Translations under genes and position numbers: made by a program
Notes under the pieces: generated by a model
What the model saw: only the letters and a program-made list of their open reading frames with translations
What the model was told of the DNA's origin: nothing
Databases searched by the model: none
NCBI RefSeq assembly: GCF_004010195.1
Contig: NC_057759.1
Location: 2,703,187 to 2,767,186 of the forward strand
Origin: Chiloscyllium plagiosum
Taxonomy: Eukaryota
Direction: 5' to 3'
Length of the DNA: 64,000 nucleotides
Part shown: positions 23,408 to 36,098 of the stretch, in pieces
How the letters are laid out: each line of letters begins with the position of its first letter
Position numbering within the stretch: the first letter of the stretch is position 1

Positions 23408-25009
23408 NNNNNNNNNNNNNNNNNNNNNNNNNNNNNNNNNNNNNNNNNNNNNNNNNNNNNNNNNNNNNNNNNNNNNNNNNNNNNNNNNNNNNNNNNNNNN
23501 NNNNNNNNNNNNNNNNNNNNNNNNNNNNNNNNNNNNNNNNNNNNNNNNNNNNNNNNNNNNNNNNNNNNNNNNNNNNNNNNNNNNNNNNNNNNNNNNNNNN
23601 NNNNNNNNNNNNNNNNNNNNNNNNNNNNNNNNNNNNNNNNNNNNNNNNNNNNNNNNNNNNNNNNNNNNNNNNNNNNNNNNNNNNNNNNNNNNNNNNNNNN
23701 NNNNNNNNNNNNNNNNNNNNNNNNNNNNNNNNNNNNNNNNNNNNNNNNNNNNNNNNNNNNNNNNNNNNNNNNNNNNNNNNNNNNNNNNNNNNNNNNNNNN
23801 NNNNNNNNNNNNNNNNNNNNNNNNNNNNNNNNNNNNNNNNNNNNNNNNNNNNNNNNNNNNNNNNNNNNNNNNNNNNNNNNNNNNNNNNNNNNNNNNNNNN
23901 NNNNNNNNNNNNNNNNNNNNNNNNNNNNNNNNNNNNNNNNNNNNNNNNNNNNNNNNNNNNNNNNNNNNNNNNNNNNNNNNNNNNNNNNNNNNNNNNNNNN
24001 NNNNNNNNNNNNNNNNNNNNNNNNNNNNNNNNNNNNNNNNNNNNNNNNNNNNNNNNNNNNNNNNNNNNNNNNNNNNNNNNNNNNNNNNNNNNNNNNNNNN
24101 NNNNNNNNNNNNNNNNNNNNNNNNNNNNNNNNNNNNNNNNNNNNNNNNNNNNNNNNNNNNNNNNNNNNNNNNNNNNNNNNNNNNNNNNNNNNNNNNNNNG
24201 AGCATCCATGGCAAAGAGGAGGTCCGTGGTGTCCACACACTGAAACTGTTGTAACCGGCATAAAACTTCAGAGGAATTACGCATGTGAACGGGTAGAGAG
24301 TTGGACAAGGAGAGAGAAATGTGTGAGAATCCAGTAAAATAAGTTCTGTGGGGCAGGAAGAGGCAGAGCCGATGATTGCGTATTTGCGGGAGAAGACAGA
24401 AGCACGCTGTGTAGGTTGGGCGGACTGAAAGCTTGCAGGCTGCACATGACGTTGGGAAGATTTCCAGATTAGATGAGATTAGTAAACGTTGTGGCCACAA
24501 TAACCAGATAATAGACAGTGGGGCCATGTTCTGGTGGAGATGGAAAATTTATCAGAGATGCTGGTATTCTGCCTCCACTAAGTGAAGATCAGTATGTCAG
24601 ACAACAACCGCATCTCCCCTGTCAGCAGGTTTGACTGCACAGTCAGGATTCGATTTGAAAGCACTGAGTGGAGTCAGTTCAGGGGGAGATGTCTTCAGAT
24701 GAGCACAGCTGGGCGCACAGTAATCAGGTGAACAATAGAACTTTGAGAATTGTCAGAATGCAAAAAACAGTTGACTTGTCACTAAAAGGCCAGATGGAGG
24801 GAAACAGGTGGAGTGAGTGTAATTGAAGTGCATTAAGGTGTTTGAAGGCTGGGATAAGGAGGTGTGCACAGAGAGAATACGAGAGAAGAAGAGTTCAAAA
24901 TCTTATCATGCAAAAACAGGGTGGGGGAGGGAGAAATGAAACTGAGTGATTTGCTCAGTACAAACTGTTGCGCATCAGAGAGAAATGTTTTGGGCAACGG
25001 GGCACTGGC

Positions 25010-25299
25010 AGAGATTACTTACAGTGAGGAAACAGGCCCTTCGGCCCAACAAGTCCACACCGACCCGCCGAAGCATAACCCACCCATACCCAATTACCCT
25101 ACATTTACCCCTTCATCTAACACTACGGGCAATTTAGCATGGCCAATTCACCTAACCTGTGGGAGGAAACCGGACCACCCGGAGGAAACCCACGCAGACG
25201 CGGGAAGAATGTGCAAACTCCACACAGAGAGTCACCTGAGGCGGGAATTGAACCCGCGTCTCTGGCGCTGTGCTAACCACTGTGCCACCGTGCCGCCCA
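25010..25299 (-). mobile_element. HE1/V-SINE-type SINE
   Basis: Reverse complement of the SINE at 41793-42113, with small deletions. Confidence 0.9.
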
Positions 25300-27342
25300 C
25301 TGAGATTGGTAGCGAGTGCGAGAGCAAGTGAAATGCATTTAGTTAAAGAGCAGCAACAGAGGATGTTGGCAGGATGGATAGGGAAATAAAAGTGAGGGAC
25401 ACCAGTTATAAGTGGTGGTAAAGAAGGCAAGCTGACAACAGTGAATCATGTTTAACAGATCTATGAAGCAGTTACAAGAAAAATGTTAAATAACCTGTAT
25501 TCACGTGTACACAGTGTAGAAAATTGCCCCAAGAACAGGCGCATCAACAAAGATGGCACCATAAATGGCAAGGTGAATTAATATGTTGAGCATTACTTAC
25601 AAAACTCATTATGAGGCACAGACTTACCAGGGACACCAACAATGCCAAGCATGGGATAGTAAATATAGGCAAAAATCCGAAGTGCGGCCTCAATTCGATC
25701 TGTTGACTTGATCCAATCATTACCACTGTTAAGAAAGTAAAGCCAGCCAGAGAAACCCCTTCCCATCACTGTATTATTCAAATCATTTTCCTTCTGATTG
25801 TCACTAACTGCAATGATATTCTGCTCCATTGTTCTCGATAATCTCTCCATATCTGACATTGCACCTAATGTCAGTCTGTGACAAGCAATTGAATGGAATC
25901 CTTTAATAAGTAGTCAAAGCTGCTCAGATCTCCCCAAAAGGCACAATTAATTTCAATTAGACATGCATCAATTCCAGCTAAGGAACAAACAATTGCAGTT
26001 AACCTCTTTTAATCAAACGAGTTTTGCACCACAATAGACCAGAATGTTGACATGGTCCACTGAGTGTCTTACAGCGAAATAGCATGAAGGAAACAATTCA
26101 ATGAAGTGTGAAGCTTCTTTGCATAATTATACAAACGTACTTGCATAGGATTAAAGAGTTGCACATTTTGTCTGTGTAACAAAAATGAAGGCAAGATTTA
26201 ACTTTGCAGAGATGAGCCACCTGACATCAATGATGATGAACATTAGAAAGAATGTAACCATCCTGGATAAGTCATTGCAAATCACATTTTATTTGTGCGA
26301 TATTCTTCGAAATCTTGAATATAATCCATCACTACTGAGCCAACCCTTTATCAATGATACCCGTGCCACTGCCCCTCTTCCATTACATCGCCATTATCTA
26401 TACCAGAACCAATCATTAACGAAGTTGTCACTCTTGGGGCACCATCTTTCGCAACTACGCCAATTTTTTTCCATCACCACCTCTCTGCCATCTGCATCAG
26501 ACCCACTTGCAATGGAGAGGCATCTCTCACCACTACACCCACCACATCAATGTTGTCATAGTGCCCATTCTGCCACAGCTGCGCCACTGTCAATATGGAC
26601 CCATCCAACAATGAAGTCATCATTCCTCAGATGTGATGTTTCACCACTTGGCCTACCTCACTTATGTTGGCTCTGCCGATGTTGCAGCCATTGATTCAGA
26701 TGCCAAGTCCCATGCTCTCCCATACAAATAAGTAAGGGCTCACTTGCCACTGCCACGAGGTCCAGTTTCGGCTTAATCAAGTCAAAAATCCCCCTTTAAT
26801 GCCAAAGAAGATCTGGACAAGAGGTAAGTAAAGGAAAGCAGAAGCCAAAAAGCAAGAGAGGGAGGGAAAAAAGCCACCAGAGTGGGCAAACCTCAGCCTC
26901 AGGCGCCATCTTGAGGGCAGAGAAAACATCTTTTCTACATCCACCCAATCGAGTCCCCTTAGGATTTTATACATTAAAGTGAAGTCATATCTGACTCTTC
27001 TCAACTTCAAAGACACAGCCCGAGTCTGTCCAGCCTTTCCTCATAAGTCAATCTGCTCATTACAGATATAGAGGGTGAGCTTGTTACATTCGTCATTGCG
27101 TATGTGATGAGGCATTAGAGGAAAGACAGTGGTGTCATTGATGATGACCTGGCTCAGGATTGATGGACTCTCTTTAAGGTATGGAAGAGGATCACACAAA
27201 TAACGCACAACTTACTATTGACGTATGTATGATGCTTGACATTTATTTATCCATTGACTTATCAATGACGTTTATGTTCTCTCAAATGTTCCTCATGTCA
27301 ACGGAGCCTTGGGCACCATGCCAGGGGAGATTTGGATGTTGT

Positions 27343-27661
27343 GGGCGGCACCGTGGCACAGTGGTTAGCACTGCTGCCTCACAGCGCCAGAGACCCGGGT
27401 TCAATTCCCGCCTCAGGTGACTGACTGTGTGAAGTTTGCACGTTCTCCCCATGTCTGCGTGGGTTTCCTCCGGGTACTCCGGTTTCCTCCCACAGTCCAA
27501 AGATGTGCAGGTCAGGTGAATTGGCCATGATAAATTGCCCGTAGTGTTAGGTAAGGGGTAAATGTAGAGGTATGGGTGGGTTGCGCTTCGGCGGGTCGGT
27601 GTGGACTTGGGCCGAATGGCCTGTTTCCACACTGTAATGTAATGTAATCTAATCTAATCTA
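27343..27661 (+). mobile_element. HE1/V-SINE-type SINE, full length
   Basis: A box tggcacagtgg, B box ggttcaattcc, V-domain-like gtgggtttcctccggg, and a CR1-like tail ending in (aatct)n. Confidence 0.92.
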
Positions 27662-28049
27662 TTGTCATCAGTACATTTCCAGTGATTGCATAATAGATAA
27701 GGCACATTATCTTACAGAAAATTGCAGCTTTTTGTCTTGCTATGATTGCTTTTAGAGCTTAATCTGAACATGGTCCTCAGATTGAATTAAATTCCCTCTT
27801 CGCCTGCTATTTTTCAACTTGCTGCTCCTTTCTGGGTGCTGTGTTCAAATTGGGCCAACTACCTGCTGTCAATTCTCTCTTTACACTTAATGCCTCCTTT
27901 GTTGGTGTGCTGTTAAGAATTAAGGCACTCACCACAGTCCGTGTTCTTTTTAAACTTGCTATGACCTCCCAGGAATAAAGCCACTTCACTCTCGCCTGTC
28001 TTGTCAGACTTCAGATGGCATACTGTGAGTGGCTTTGTGTATTTTATCT

Positions 28050-28565
28050 TAGAAAACATAGTCTGGCATTGGACGTAGCCCAGTGAAGTTTCAATGGGCG
28101 TGTAGCTGGTACGGAGGAGTTGCCTTACGAGGAGCAGTTAAGCACAGAACCTGTACTCATTGAAATATAGTAGAGTGGAAAGTTACCTTATTGAGATATG
28201 TATAATTATTAGAGAACTTGCCAGGGTAGATGCGGAAAGGTATTTCCCTTTGCCAGATTCATTTGGACCAAAGAGTAAAGTCTCAGAATTTGTGGTCATA
28301 CCTTTAAAACAGAGGTGTGATAATTGTATTATCTCAATGAGCTGTTAATCTGTGGAATTCTTCATTTTAGAGGCTGCTAAAGCTTGTTCAGTAAGTGTGT
28401 TCAAGAACGGTACAGATTTCTTTTTGATTAATCAGGAATTCAAGCTTCAAGACGAATAGGTAGTAAAGTGGAATTGAGGATTATTAGATAAGCCATGATT
28501 CCATTTAATGATGGAGCAGACTTGTTGGATTGATGCACCTCCTTTTGCTCACGTGCCTTATGACC
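28050..28565 (+). mobile_element. Old CR1 3' fragment
   Basis: YLIEICIIIRELARVDAERYFPL followed by a decayed CR1 3' UTR. Confidence 0.65.
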
Positions 28566-28791
28566 GTCACGAACTTAAGCTGTGCTACCCAGAGCCTGCT
28601 GTTTAGAGTATTCACAGTTGTGTCTGAGTGGTGTAGAAAAGCTAATTATTTCTGATGAACAAATTGAGCAGGAACTCAAAAGTGAAAGGGTCCAGAACAA
28701 GGTCAAAAATGAGGGAATGATGTAGGAATGAAGAACTTATGATAAAGGTTTGGAAAGGTCAAATTTAGCATCACGTAGTCTTTATTGAACA

Positions 28792-29005
28792 CATGATTTG
28801 GAGGTGCAGGTATTGGACTGGGGTGCACAAAGTTAAAATTCACACAACACCAGGTTATAGTCCAACAGAATTAATTGGAAGCACTAGCTTTAGGAGCGTT
28901 GTCCCTTCATCACAACCGCCTGATGAAGGAACAGCGCTCCGAAAGCTAGTGCTTCCAATTAAACCTTTGGATTAGAACCTGGTGTTGTGTGATTTTTAAC
29001 TTTGT
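28792..29005. mobile_element. Palindromic mini-element made of two inverted Penelope-type termini
   Basis: The left arm is the reverse complement of the right arm. CTGATGA at 28920-28926 and GAAA at 28941-28944. Same family as 6480-7097. Confidence 0.75.
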
Positions 29006-29029
29006 TGAACGCAGTTGGTCTTTATTCAG

Positions 29030-29450
29030 AGAGCGCGACTGTGGCGACTGTTTCCCTTCCTGGCCGCCCGGTGCCACTGTGAGCTAATCTCTGTTCCTGC
29101 TAGTGTCACTCTATCCTGTCCATTTCCTTGTCAATCCGTTGTCCAATGCCTCTAATGGCGGCGAGTATGTGGGATATGACATCACTATTATTTTCCTTTT
29201 TTTATAAAAAACTGCGGATCGCTGAAGAAAATGTTCTTCCACACAGAAAGGGGATGGAGAGTACGAGGAGACCAGGAGTAAACATCTAAAATAACAGAGG
29301 AGCTGCGGAATGGCCGGGAAAACCCCAGACCCTTTCCCAGAGAGCATTGCGCTTTGCGTCAGTGATCGAGGACGTGCACAGCCACCGGGAATTGTGGGAG
29401 TAATGGTCGTCATGTCACTACCTGCTGCAGAACCCTGCAGTCACAGCTAA
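29030..29450. promoter_or_regulatory. CpG-enriched promoter-like motif cluster
   Basis: ZNF143/Staf-like ttcccagagagcattgcg at 29334-29351, a second on the minus strand (actcccacaattcccgg, 29385-29401), a CRE half-site gcgtca at 29356-29361 and YY1-like aatggcggc at 29154-29162. Confidence 0.5.
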
Positions 29451-29699
29451 AAATGATTACAGGCATTTAGGTGAGAGACATCAATTTTTAAAAAAAATAC
29501 ACATCACCTGTAAAATATATCGAAGTGCATTAAATGGTTGTTCAACTTTATCATCTACAGCACTATCATTATTAGAAGACATTCAGTGACACAGTTTTAC
29601 TTAAAAATTTTCAAACTCAGTGCAGTATAACCTACTGCATACACGGTGAGACGGTCACTTCCAGTAGTCTGCTGGGTTTTCTGTATATGTCACACATAC

Positions 29700-32650
29700 A
29701 GTGCATAGAACATTACAGCGCAGTATAATACCTTCGACCCTCGATGCTGCGCCGACGTCTGAAACCAATCTGAAGTGCATCTAACCTACTATATTCCATT
29801 TCCGTCCATATGTCTATCCAATGACCATGCAAATGCCCTTAAAGTCGGCGAGTCTGCTATTGTTGCAGTCAGGGCATTCCACGCACCTACTACCCTCACA
29901 GTAAAGTAACTATCGCTGACCACTCTCCTATATCTAAAACCCCTCAACTGAAATCTATGCCCCCCATGCTAGCCAAACAAAACTGAGGATACAGGCTTTC
30001 AATTTCCACCCTACCTAATCCTCTGATTATCTTATATGTCTCTAATAAATCACCTCTCAATCTTCGTCTTTCCTCAAAAAAAAAGCCTCAAGTCCATCAG
30101 TCTTTGCTCGTAAGGCATACCATATCAGGCAACATCCAGTAAATCTCCTCTGAACCCTTTCCAAGCTTCCACATCGTTCCTATAATGTGGTGACCAGAAC
30201 TGTATGCAATACTCCAAGCGCGGCCAGACGAGAGTTTTGTACAGTTGCAGCATGACCTCATGGTTCTGAAACACAATGCCTCTGCTAATAAAAGTTAACA
30301 TACCATATCAACCTGGGTGGCAACTTTCACGGATCTCTGTACACCGAGACCTCCCTACTCATTTCCACTAACAAGAATCTACCCATTAGCCCAGTACTCT
30401 GCATTCCTGTTGCTCCTTACAAGGTGAAACACTTCACACTTTTCTGCATTAAATTCTATTTGCCAACTCTCAGCCCAGCTCTGCAGCTTATCTATGTTCC
30501 TCTGTATCCTAAAACATCCTTCTGCACTGTGCACAACTTACCGACCTTAATGTTATCTGGAAATTTAAAAACGCATCCTTTTCCGCCATCACCCAAGTTG
30601 TTTATACAAATGACAAACAGCAGTTGACCCAAAACAAATCCTTGTGGCATACCACTAGCAACTGAACTCCAGGATGAACATGTTTTTCCATCAACCACCA
30701 TCCTCAGTCTTAATACAGCTAACCAATTTCTGATCCAAACCACTAAAATTCCCACAATCCCATGTCTCCGTATTTTCTATAATAACCTGCCGTGGGGAAC
30801 CCTATCAAATGCCTTACTGATATCCATATACACCATATCAACCGCTTTATCCTCATCCACTTGTCTGGTCACCTTCTCAAAGAAGGCAATAAGGTTTGTG
30901 CTGCACGACCTACCATTCACACAACTGTGTCGACTATCCTGAATCAACCTATTCCTTTCTAGATGATTCTAAATTATATCTTTTTGAATATTTTCGAACA
31001 TTTAACCACAACTGAAGTAAGGCTCACTGGTCTATAATTGACAGGGTTGCCTCTACTCCCCTTTTTCAACAAAGGAACAACATTTGCTATCCTCCAGTCT
31101 CGTGGCACTATTCCTATAAACAATGACGAAAACAAGATCAAAGCAAAAGACTCGGCAATCTCCTCCCTGGCTTCCCACGGAATCCAAGGATAAATCCCAT
31201 CCGGCTCAGTGGACTTACTTATTTTTACACTTTCCAGGAATGCTAACACCTCCTATTCTGAACCACAGTCCCATCTGGTCTACAAGCCTGTATTCTCATC
31301 GACAACATTCTCCTTTTCTCGTGTGAATACTGACGAAAAATGTTCATTTAGCACTTTCCCTATTTGCTTTGACTCCATGGGCAACTTCCCACTAATAGAC
31401 AATAGACAATAGGTGCAGGAGTAGGCCATTCTGCCCTTTGAGCCTGCACCGCCATTCAATATAATCATGGCTGAGCATTCCTAATCAGTATCCTGTTCCT
31501 GCCTTATCTCCATAACCCTTGATTCCACTATCTTTGAGAGCTCTATCCAACTCTTTCTTAAATGAATCCAGAGAGTGGGCCTCCACTGCCCTCTGGGACA
31601 GAGCATTCCACACAGCCACCACTCTCTGGGTGAAGAAGTTTCTCCTGAGCTCTGTCCTAAATGGTCTACCCCGTATTTTTAAGCTGTGTCCTCTAGTTCG
31701 GCACTCACCCATCAGTGGAAATATGTTTCCTACTGCCAGGGTGTCCAATCCTTTCAAAATCTTATACGTCTCAATCAGATCTCCTCTCAATCTTCGAAAC
31801 TCAAGGGTATACAAGCCCAGTCGCTTCAGTCTTTCAGTGTAAGGTAATCCTGCCATTCCAGGAATTGACCTCGTGAACCTACGCTGCACTCCCTCAATAG
31901 CCAGAATGTATTTTCTCAAATTTGGAGACCAGAACTGCACACAGTACTCCAGGTACTCTACTCTCCTTGATTGGCCCTAATCTTACTTTATTCATTATTT
32001 TATTCCTCAAATGCTTATAGAAAGCCTTAGTGTTTCCCATGATCCTGTCCAACAGCGAATCCTCCCATCCCCTCCTGGCTCTTCTTTACTCTCTCTTTCA
32101 GTCCTTCCTGGCTAACTTGTAACTCTGAAGTTCTCTAACTGAGCCTTCATATCTTATCCCAACGTAAACTGCCTTCCTCTTCTTGACAAGAGATTCAACA
32201 TCCTTCGTAAGCCAAGGCTCCTGCGTTCAAATACTTCCTCCCTGCCTGTCAGGTTCATACTTAGCAAGGACCCGCTGAAGCTGTTCCTTTAATCAGCTCC
32301 ACGATTCAATTGGACCTATCCTATGCATCTAAAATCTTGCCTAATCGCATCGTAATTGCCTTTCCCTCAGCTATAACTCTTGCCTGTGCTATATATCTAT
32401 CCCTTTCCACCACTCATGTAAACAGAACCGAATTGTGGTCGCTATAACCAAAGTACTCCCCTACATTCAAACCTAACCCTGGCCGTGTTCATTACCCAAT
32501 ACTTTTCCTAACGTGGCCTCGTCCCTTGTTGGCCTGTCTACACACTGTGTTAGGAAACCCTCATGCATACATTGGACAAAATCTGACTGATCTAAAGTGC
32601 TTTATCTACAGTATTCCCAGCAAATATACGGAAAATTGAAGACCCCTACT
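29700..32650 (-). mobile_element. CR1 LINE ORF2, degenerate (APE end to 3' tail)
   Basis: SGMPQGFVLGQLLF and WRIANVVPLLKKGSRGNPVNYRPVSLTSVV. Confidence 0.9.
31395..31955 (-). mobile_element. Younger 5'-truncated CR1 nested in the previous element
   Basis: Intact ORF 31485-31940 (QFWSPNLRK...RRLRGDLIETYKIL...NFFTQRVV) with a (tgtctat)n tail. Confidence 0.92.
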
Positions 32651-32859
32651 AGTTCCTCTTTCATCTCACTCTGATGGGCACTGTTATAATGATAAAAAAA
32701 AACAAAGAAAAAAATCGCAATCACACATACATAAAAACTTTTATCACTTTTATCTGTCTTTGTTGAACGCAGTGAATATCATACACGCATAGTTTGACCT
32801 CCATACTGAGGATTCCACACTGCAGAAAATGTAGGAGTCTGGCTCTGTGAATTTCTCTT

Positions 32860-33925
32860 GCACAACTCACAATGAGCGTCACACCTTCAGGCTCAGAAAT
32901 TACCATGCTCTCCAAACTCTGGAGCCCTGGCCAGATTAATCGCATGCTCCACCTGGAATATTTCTCCCGTATCTTTACTAGTGTCCTCAGCCCAATCATC
33001 TTCAGTGCTTCATCAATCGCCTTCCATTCATCATAGGGTCAGAAGTGGAGATGTTCGCTGATGTTTGCACAATGTCAGCAGTATTCGTACTTCCTCAGAT
33101 ACTGAAGCAGTTCATGTGCAAATGCAACAGGATCTGCACAATATCCAGGCTTGGGCAGAAAACTACCAAGTACCATTGACAACCGACAAATACTAGGCTA
33201 TGACCAACAAGCAATAGTCGAACGGCCAACCTTTTCGATCCCACCCAACATTCAACGATGTTAACATCACTGAATCCCCACCATCAACATCCTAGGGGTT
33301 GCCATTAACTTTAAACTGAACGGGACTCACGACATAATAACAATGACCACAAGAGCAGGCCAGAGGCTAAGAATACTGCGGTGAGTAATGCACATCTTGA
33401 TCCCCAAAGCCTGCCCACAATCTACAAGGCATAGGTCAGAGGTGTGAGGGAATAGTCCCCATTTGATTGGATTGGTGCAGCTGCAACAACACTCAAGCAG
33501 CTTGACACCATTCAGGCCATTAGATTAGCACAATATCGATAAGCATGCACTCCCTTCAGCACTGATGCGCAGTAGCAGTATGTACTACCTATGGAATGCA
33601 CTGCAGGAATTCACCAACGATCATCCGACAGGATCTTTCAATTTCACGACAACTTCTATCTAGAAAGGCAAGGGGCAAAGATATATGGGAACACCACCGC
33701 CTGAAAATTCCCCTCCAAGCGTCTCACCAAATATGCCATCATTCCTTCACTGGTCACTTTGTTAAAATCCTGGAATTCCCTCACTAATAACATCGTGCTC
33801 CATCCACAGCAGGTAAATTGCAGCAGTTCAAGAAGGTAGACGATTGCCACCATCTCAAGGGCAAACAGAAATACGTGATAAATTTTGGCCACACAGCGGT
33901 ACTCGCATCCGACAAAAGTAAATTT
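32860..33925 (+). mobile_element. L2/CR1-like LINE RT and 3' end
   Basis: gtgtcctcagcccaatcatcttcagtgcttcatcaat and atgttcgctgatg (MFAD); caaagcctgcccacaatctacaaggc. Confidence 0.75.
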
Positions 33926-34389
33926 TAAAAAAAGAACTTGGGAGATGTCAGCATTAGGAATTAATTAGACATAAAGTGAGAGAGAAAGAGTAAGTGAAGA
34001 GAGAGGGAAAACAATAACGTTTGGAGGGAAATCGGGTCATGGGACTGCAGAGAGAGAGACACACAGAGTGATAGTGTGAGCGTTAATGCCACTGTTTTCG
34101 TAATACAATCCTTGGACGTAGTTCTGTAAATGTAAGCTGGAGAATGGTACATTCCTCCACCAAAGTCAGAATTCTTGTTTCTTCCATTCGTGCCTGAACA
34201 GTTGTAATAACTAAAAATTTTAACAGTCAGGTTTCGAGAGTGAATCCGAGCACAAGGATGGAAAATCCTTCAGTGGTGAGGGCGTGAGGGAGGAAACAAC
34301 ACAGGGAGGAGATCAGAGGCAGGGGAGGGGGAGACACAAGGACATCCCACAGATCAGCTCCTCTGAAATCGCTGCTCCACTGTCTTCAC

Positions 34390-34830
34390 TCAGCCATCGT
34401 TGCTTTTCATTCATAAGACGTGGGTGGTCTATGGTGGGCCAGCAATTGTTGCCCATCCCTTCTTATTGTCCTTGAAAAGGTGGAAAAGCTGCTGCAGTCT
34501 GTGTGTTGCAGAGAGACCCTCAATAAACAATCAGGGAGGGAATTCCAGGACCTTGACCTGGCTTCAGTGACGGAACGGTCAATGTACTGGCAAATCAGGA
34601 TGGTGAGCAGCTTGGAGCGGGATTTGCAAGGAACTGGTGTAAATTTCTTTGATTTTGTACATTTTATTAAGGAGAAATATTATGCTTAACTTTTCAACTT
34701 GTGAGTAAATGTGACAATAAACCTAATTCAATTCATTTCAATTCAATTCTAATATATTTGTACCTTTGTCATTCCAGATGGAAGTGACGGTGGTTTTTGG
34801 AAGGTGCTGCCTGTTATCCCCCTGTTTATA
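34390..34830 (-). mobile_element. 3' end of the same L2/CR1-like LINE family
   Basis: agggagggaattccagga and attgttgcccatccc...gtccttga are reverse complements of the 33.7-33.9 kb sequence. Confidence 0.6.
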
Positions 34831-35027
34831 CTTCAGAGAGATGGTAGACGGACATGAAGTGCTGGCTGCAAACTATGATTCTGTGAAGCTTGCTAGTTTG
34901 AATCCGATTGAGGTGACAGTGTATCTGCGACTTCTGACCGTTGTCGTCTGATAACGAAACGGTGCATATTGGTTGCAATCTGAAAACAGATTAAATAAGA
35001 CGGGGTGTGAGCAATATACTGAAAATA

Positions 35028-35033
35028 TTTATT
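35028..35033 (-). terminator. Candidate polyadenylation signal AATAAA of the defensin-like gene
   Basis: tttatt on the plus strand, 140 nt downstream of the stop codon. Confidence 0.55.
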
Positions 35034-35172
35034 AAAAACTCAAAAGCAATCAGTTAGGGCTTATTAGGATACACGAAACCAAGACGGACCCAGAGTACGG
35101 AAACTGCAATAAGCTTCAGAAATGGCCTGAGATGTTCTTTGCCGTGGTGCACATTTTTTCTTTCACAATTCA

Positions 35173-35294
35173 TTACGTGTAACGCATGCAGCAATGGAAA
35201 AGAAAGAAGCAGCTCTCAACCAACACCACCTCACCAGCGTTACATCCTCCAATTCGGCACACTGCACCGGATGTTTGGCAGCCTAAAGCTATAA
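35173..35294 (-). CDS. Beta-defensin-like peptide, coding exon 2 (mature peptide)
   Basis: Acceptor tgcttgtctttgttttccag, then phase-1 frame (V)IALGCQTSGAVCRIGGCNAGEVVLVESCFFLFHCCMRYT*. Six cysteines spaced C-x6-C-x4-C-x10-C-x5-CC. Confidence 0.88.
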
Positions 35295-35619
35295 CTGGAA
35301 AACAAAGACAAGCAGATCATTGATGTCCACACTTTGGTGGTGGAACTTTCACCTAACCTCATGAGATTTATCCAAAACCTGTAAAGGCAAGGGTTACCTC
35401 GCGTACTGATGACCAAACTATATATATAAAATGACCACAAGACATTCTCACGTGAGTACCTGGGTCCACTGTGATCAATGATTGGCCATTTGTGGCTATC
35501 AGTTGACGTGGGATAATTTTAAAGGACTATCTTTAAAATAAACTAGTGTTTTTTTATTGCAAAGGCGGGAAAAGCAGGGTTTGCTTAGTTGTGGGTAATG
35601 TCTGCAATTGTTCGCCAAA

Positions 35620-35920
35620 TGCTTAGTGACTGGATGGTGGGAATATCACTTGACTCGCCATCCAGGACCACCAAGATCAGGTTCTGAAGAACCACTAGTA
35701 ATTCACACCGTGGCAGATAATGCTATTTGAATCATATACAAATGGTCTAATGAAGGGAAGGAATACCTGCTTCATTAATTCCTTAACGGACGGATTTCTG
35801 CTATCGTGACCTAACCTGATTTATATGTGACTCTCGGCTCAAAATTATGCCTCAATGCCCTTTGGGATGGTAGGAACAGCTGTCTTTGCTAGTGACGCCT
35901 GTGTCCCACAAACGATTGTT
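35620..35920 (+). mobile_element. Old SINE (2935-3275 family) inside the defensin intron
   Basis: ggtctaatga...ttcattaattccttaacggacggatttctgc and tail gctagtgacgcctgtgtccca. Confidence 0.55.
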
Positions 35921-36098
35921 GTACATATCAATTGATAAGTTTCGGCACTCGCCAGCCTAAAACTAATAGAATGTAAGTCGGTTTTCAGGGGGAAGAATGA
36001 CCTCAATCTGCCCTTCTGAAAATTTGTAAAGGCTGTTTGAGGAGAGATTAACTCACCTTGAGATGCAACAATCGGTGTTACGTCTTTATTGGCCGTGC

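Noticed and set aside
27343..27420. tRNA-like A and B boxes
   Set aside because: These are the 5' heads of tRNA-derived SINEs, continuous with the SINE body and tail. They are not tRNA genes.
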